From the NCBI GenBank assembly GCA_965644295.1, contig CBFFRP010000250.1, forward strand, positions 1-25,344: DNA of 25,344 nt, in the 5' to 3' direction. Shown one piece after another: positions 21,043 through 25,344 of the stretch. The first letter of the stretch is position 1. Each line of letters opens with the position of its first letter. The notes beneath the pieces are model-generated. The model was not told where the DNA came from, searched no databases, and saw only the letters and a program-made list of their open reading frames with translations. The translations under genes and the position numbers were made by a program. The stretch is from Paraphysomonas bandaiensis (taxonomy: Eukaryota > Protista > Chrysophyceae).

Positions 21043-23364
21043 CTACGCAACATCACCACAGCAGCTAAGATATGCAATCAGTAGAACAGGTAAAATAAGG
21101 TGGTAAAAGGCGGCAAAAGGAGATCCTAGTATTCTACCGGCTGAGTCTGACGGGAAGGTGCTACAGTCGCTATTTCTCCAACCATCCTCACACACTCCAG
21201 TAGATTCATCGTCAAATATTCCCGCTAGTTCTGGAAGTATGTTCGCATACAACTGCCTTTTCTCGAGACCGATTTGATTCGCATATATATCGTTATCACT
21301 CCCATCTTCCAATCGCAGAACACGCATATCCTGTTTGAAATTCAAGCAATGAATGCATCCTGGAAGGCCCATGCAAGTTAGTCGCCTCGTAACCATTCCA
21401 CAATCTGTTTGTAAAGGCAGAACATCCATATTAAACGATATGTAATCCTGAAACTGACTAGGGCGAATGTACCTGTACACATCATCAGCGAGTTCTCTAT
21501 TATAACAACACAGACAGCAGATTACGATCACTTACTGGACAGATATAGTTTTCACATCCCATGACGACACCACTCCATCCCACAGTCGTTGCAAAGATGA
21601 CGTGACGTTGAAGGTCATATTGGTACCCGCAGATAGGTTATAGGCAGCTGTTGGCAAGACGATGAAGGGGTCAAGACTCTGGTCAGACGACGCAAGTCGA
21701 AATCGCACGGAGATGCTGGTATTTCCAGAGTTCGCGACAGTGATGTAGGAAATCGTATCGTAGCTCTCAAACGCAGGATAGTAGGTGTGCAACTTCGTAG
21801 GGTCTCTCTGCCCTGTGGTTATTTCTACATGAGTGGGGCATTCCTTGCCATTATCTGTCCCACCACACACGTTGCATGTGTCATAACTCGCCTTGCCTCC
21901 ACAGACACCATTGCAATCGGGTGGATTGTTTTCGGAGCAACACACCAGATTTCCGCTATCACTATTAGTACCCTCTTCAGAGGACCCCCCACACTTACCC
22001 ATACAGTCCATGGTATCAATGGGGCAGCAAATACCATTCTTATCCTCTGCATAATCGAACACATGAATGCACGAAGTATTGCACGAAGGAGAAACGTATA
22101 GTGCATCATACGGTTCAACGTTGGAAGGGAAAGGCACATCCGTAGATGACGATGCGGAATCTGAGTCACAGACAAGCATCATGCAATCAGAAATATTGGC
22201 TCCGTTGCAAATTTCACAGGCAGCGCAACTGCCGACCGCGGAGTTGAGTGAACAGGTAGTGGAGGCGCCAGACGACTGCACAGTGACAGGTATGGGTAGG
22301 GTTTCGCCCAACAGGGTATAATTCCCATTTCCACTAATACTGAGCTCTCTCCAAGCGGGATACACATACCACAATCCTTCGAACAATTGTGAGGACACGG
22401 AGGAGAAATCACACATAAGGGTGTAGGGAGACAATGAATCATCTGAATGGCAGGGCATCACTCCAATGTCACCAGATGACACAATGAATTCTCCATTTCC
22501 GTCAGCAGTCAGTGAACTGATGTTTGATATGTATAGGGCGAGTTCGAGTGTATCAGTGCATGAAGTAGAGAGAGTTGTGGCGTTGAATAAGGCCGGGACA
22601 GCGGACAAGTCGATGGTTGAAGGGGTGCCACACCACGATGTTGACATGGGACAGGCGGTGAATTGTAAACCGGTTGATACATTGCGGGTACTAGGAAAGA
22701 CCCCGTTGTTACTTGAGAACCATACATCTCGCCCAGTCGCTAGCTGATCATCTGTGAAAACAGCGGTATCATTATTCCTAGGGGAAAACAAACCTGTTGC
22801 CCAAGTGCAAGGCTTGTACGAATCGGATGGTAAATCTTCGAGACGAGTTATATTGTCATATGAAATGACAATTTTTCCGTCTGAATAAAATGACGTTCTG
22901 AAAGACCAAAGATAATCAAGGTCCGAGTCGCCGTAAAGAGCAATGTCGTCATACACAATGGTGACTCCGTCCAACTCCTCATACAATGATACCGTTCCAT
23001 TCTGCGAGGGATTCAAATCAGTCAAAAAACCACCTATTACCCCTTCATACGACGCGAATCCATTCTGGCATGAGCTGCAATAGCAGCACCCACAATTATT
23101 TACTGGTGACATCTGAACATATCCATTGGGACTAACATATAGCTTATCTACATATTGCCCGAAGTACGGGAAAACTTGTGGTAAGTCAACTGACACAAGA
23201 GGTGTGTCATCAGCATCAGATGATTTCAGTCGAGTTATATCGGTACTATTAGGAGGACTACTACTGAGAGGAGACAAGAAAGATACATATACCACAACAG
23301 GAGTGAAAGCAAGAGTAGATAAAAGGGAAGTTAACGATATAATGGCTCTTAAATGACCCATCAC
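21043..23364 (-). CDS. Cell-surface protein with NIDO/plexin-domain-containing-like N-terminal domain, DxCxVCGG-type Cys-rich repeats and probable GPI or membrane anchor; probable intron 21535-21497
   Basis: Hydrophobic N-terminus; VDLPQVFPYFGQYVDKLYVSPNGYV...GGFLTDLNPS...FYSDGKIVISY; DCMGKCGG, DCNGVCGG, DTCNVCGG; many NxS/T sites; C-terminal SDSAG followed by a hydrophobic tail. A 39-nt GTAAGT...AATAG removes the stop between the two in-frame ORFs. Confidence 0.7.
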
Positions 23365-24408
23365 TGTTACTGAAACTTTAATTCGAATTGAGGCATTTCT
23401 ATAAGTTCAATAGCAGTTTGTTCGTGAGTTGGTCATAGCTAGCTAACTTATCAGCACAGACATGCAGCAAGAGCTCTTGCATGTTTCAACACCCACGCAC
23501 AGAATACACAATACACAGAAGTACCACCGTACCATACTACCGTACTGCTGCACTACTCTGTATACAGCTGCGGTACACGCACTGCTGTACATTTGTTTCG
23601 GCTAGGATATTCATATCTAGATATCTTGATATGCAGTGTGTTGGGGATCACACCTCAGTGACCACTCTCTTATGTCATGTTAATACATACTGTCTAGTGA
23701 TATTGAATGTACAAGTGTGGATATGGACAGAATGGTCATTGAATAGCTTTCAACATCGTCAATAATTAGAAAACTTTACCTTACAACTTCCATCGCTTGA
23801 TGCGTCTATTTTCCGTTTGAAGGGCGGTTGGCTTATGTAGTTAAGATATAACGACAAGTGCACTGCAGATTCCAACGACGTACATTTATTTATATACAAT
23901 GTTCTTGGCATCAGAAGATCATAATAAGCAACGGTATATTATGTTCTGTATAGTTGTATAATGTATAGATGAGGGTTGAGGCGGCATAGAAAATGAATAC
24001 AATTGATTAATCAATTTACAGTGGTAGCTCTCAATTCCCAGATTAATTAACAGTTAACACACTAGCTTATTTCCCGCATCAAAAATTCACACTCTCGGCC
24101 TTATACATATATCGAATGCTTATCTCACAATAGTACACTACTCAACATTGCTGGAATACACTACAGCATTAATATTATTGCATCTCACTATAAGGCATGA
24201 TCATTTTTACATAGACAACACCATAACTGAATTCAAAGATAGTGTCAAATTATTTACTGGGTCGGTATTAACGAGACTGCTTTCTCCAACAAAGAAAATA
24301 CTATTTGCTGTACGAAAATCTCATGTCATGTTATAGCGTGATGTCTGCGCATCAACAATAACATTATTGCTTGAAAAATGAAAATGCACGGAGATAGAAG
24401 TAGTGATA

Positions 24409-25344
24409 CTATGCCACTGACATAGAGCGAACTCTTTCTCTTTCGTCGTTCTGTGCACTTGTGATACTGGACATACTTGCGACGGATATATTTCTATTGT
24501 ATGCCCCTTGATCTGCTGCAGACTCTTTGTCAGTATCACCGATACTGCATTCGTCATCTACGTAAGGCTTATGTGTACCTTCGGGTGAATCAAATTTACT
24601 CTTCATCTTCCACGCCACAGTGAAAAGTAATAAATTGATAGCCATCTACACAGGACACAATAAGGAAAACCAAGGCCATGATATTAAATCAGACGCTCAC
24701 CATGACCGCTGAGACGTATATAAGAACCGCCCAGCTGAATTGGGAGTATATGACTCCAGATAACAGACTGCCTGCTCCAGCTACCGTAAAGAGAATAAAA
24801 TCGTTGATAGCTTGCACATCAGCTGCTTCATGTGGCTACATACAGTACCAGGTAATCGACAATGAATCTTTTACGGTGGTCGAATCTTACCGCATAGCAT
24901 GTAGTCAACATGATAGTTCCCGCAGAAAAAGAAAGGTTCCAGGCAAACCCCAGTACCATCATACCTCCTAAATAGTTCCATAGGTCGTTTCCAAGAGCAA
25001 ATATGACAGACGACATGGCGAACATAACTGCTCCAAATACACATACGTTGAATGTACCGTAGTCTTGAATTAGCTTGCCGGTAAAGAAGCCAGGTAAGAA
25101 CATGGCCAAAAAATGAAGTTCCAGAACAAGACTGGTGGTGCGAAACGAGTAGTCGTCATCCATGGATATAGCGCAATTGCTCATAATCGCCACCATTACA
25201 GTGTGCGCAATTGTTGCAACAGTGCATGAGAGAATGAAGACAGGGTGTGACACGATCTCATACACCGACCGCCGCCGCAAGAGGGGATTCGCAGGAGATA
25301 ACGTTTCATCTTTCTTTGGAAAATTAACTGAGTAGAGGGTTAGC
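24409..25344 (-). CDS. Major facilitator superfamily transporter, 5'-partial; introns 24890-24836 and 24700-24646
   Basis: Successive TM helices; HFLAMFLPGFFTGKLIQDYG (MFS motif A-like), MMVLGFAWNLSFSAGTIMLT, VQAINDFILF. Two 55-nt GT-AG introns keep the frame, which is open to the window edge. Confidence 0.88.

Noticed and set aside
21787-23356. Short alternative-frame and antisense ORFs here and over the NRPS (e.g. 3954..4514, 7427..8275)
   Set aside because: They are shadows of well-supported genes with no motifs; many start at GTG/TTG, which is not expected in a eukaryote.
16361-25344. AGA, HAD hydrolase and MFS transporter as members of the PKS-NRPS gene cluster
   Set aside because: They are separated from the synthetase by transposon relics and unrelated genes, and nothing in the sequence links them functionally. 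It would need co-expression or synteny evidence.

Overview
Eukaryotic genomic DNA, probably from a protist. Six genes carry short 39-55 nt GT-AG introns that I could place by hand. Bases 1-9792 (+) hold the 3' part of a large, nearly intron-free hybrid PKS-NRPS gene that starts upstream of the window. Its architecture reads [PKS-type ACP]-C-[half heterocyclization (Cy) domain interrupted by a type II-like thioesterase]-A-PCP-Cy-A-PCP-TE. Both A domains are cysteine-family but have an altered pocket, and they share a near-identical ~1.55 kb tract between diverged flanks. The full-length Cy domain appears to lack the cyclodehydration Asp. Bases 1-~6300 are full of 1-2 nt indels, most likely sequencing or assembly error. 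Downstream are: a vWA-like protein with a degenerate MIDAS and a CaaX end (-); a decayed Ty1/copia retrotransposon (-); a glycosylasparaginase truncated at its 3' end (-); a signal-peptide-bearing HAD hydrolase (+); a ~1 kb non-autonomous DNA-transposon-like element with phased inverted subterminal repeats; a NIDO-like/Cys-rich, probably GPI-anchored surface protein (-); and the 3' half of an MFS transporter (-). All calls come from motif recognition by eye; no searches were run.
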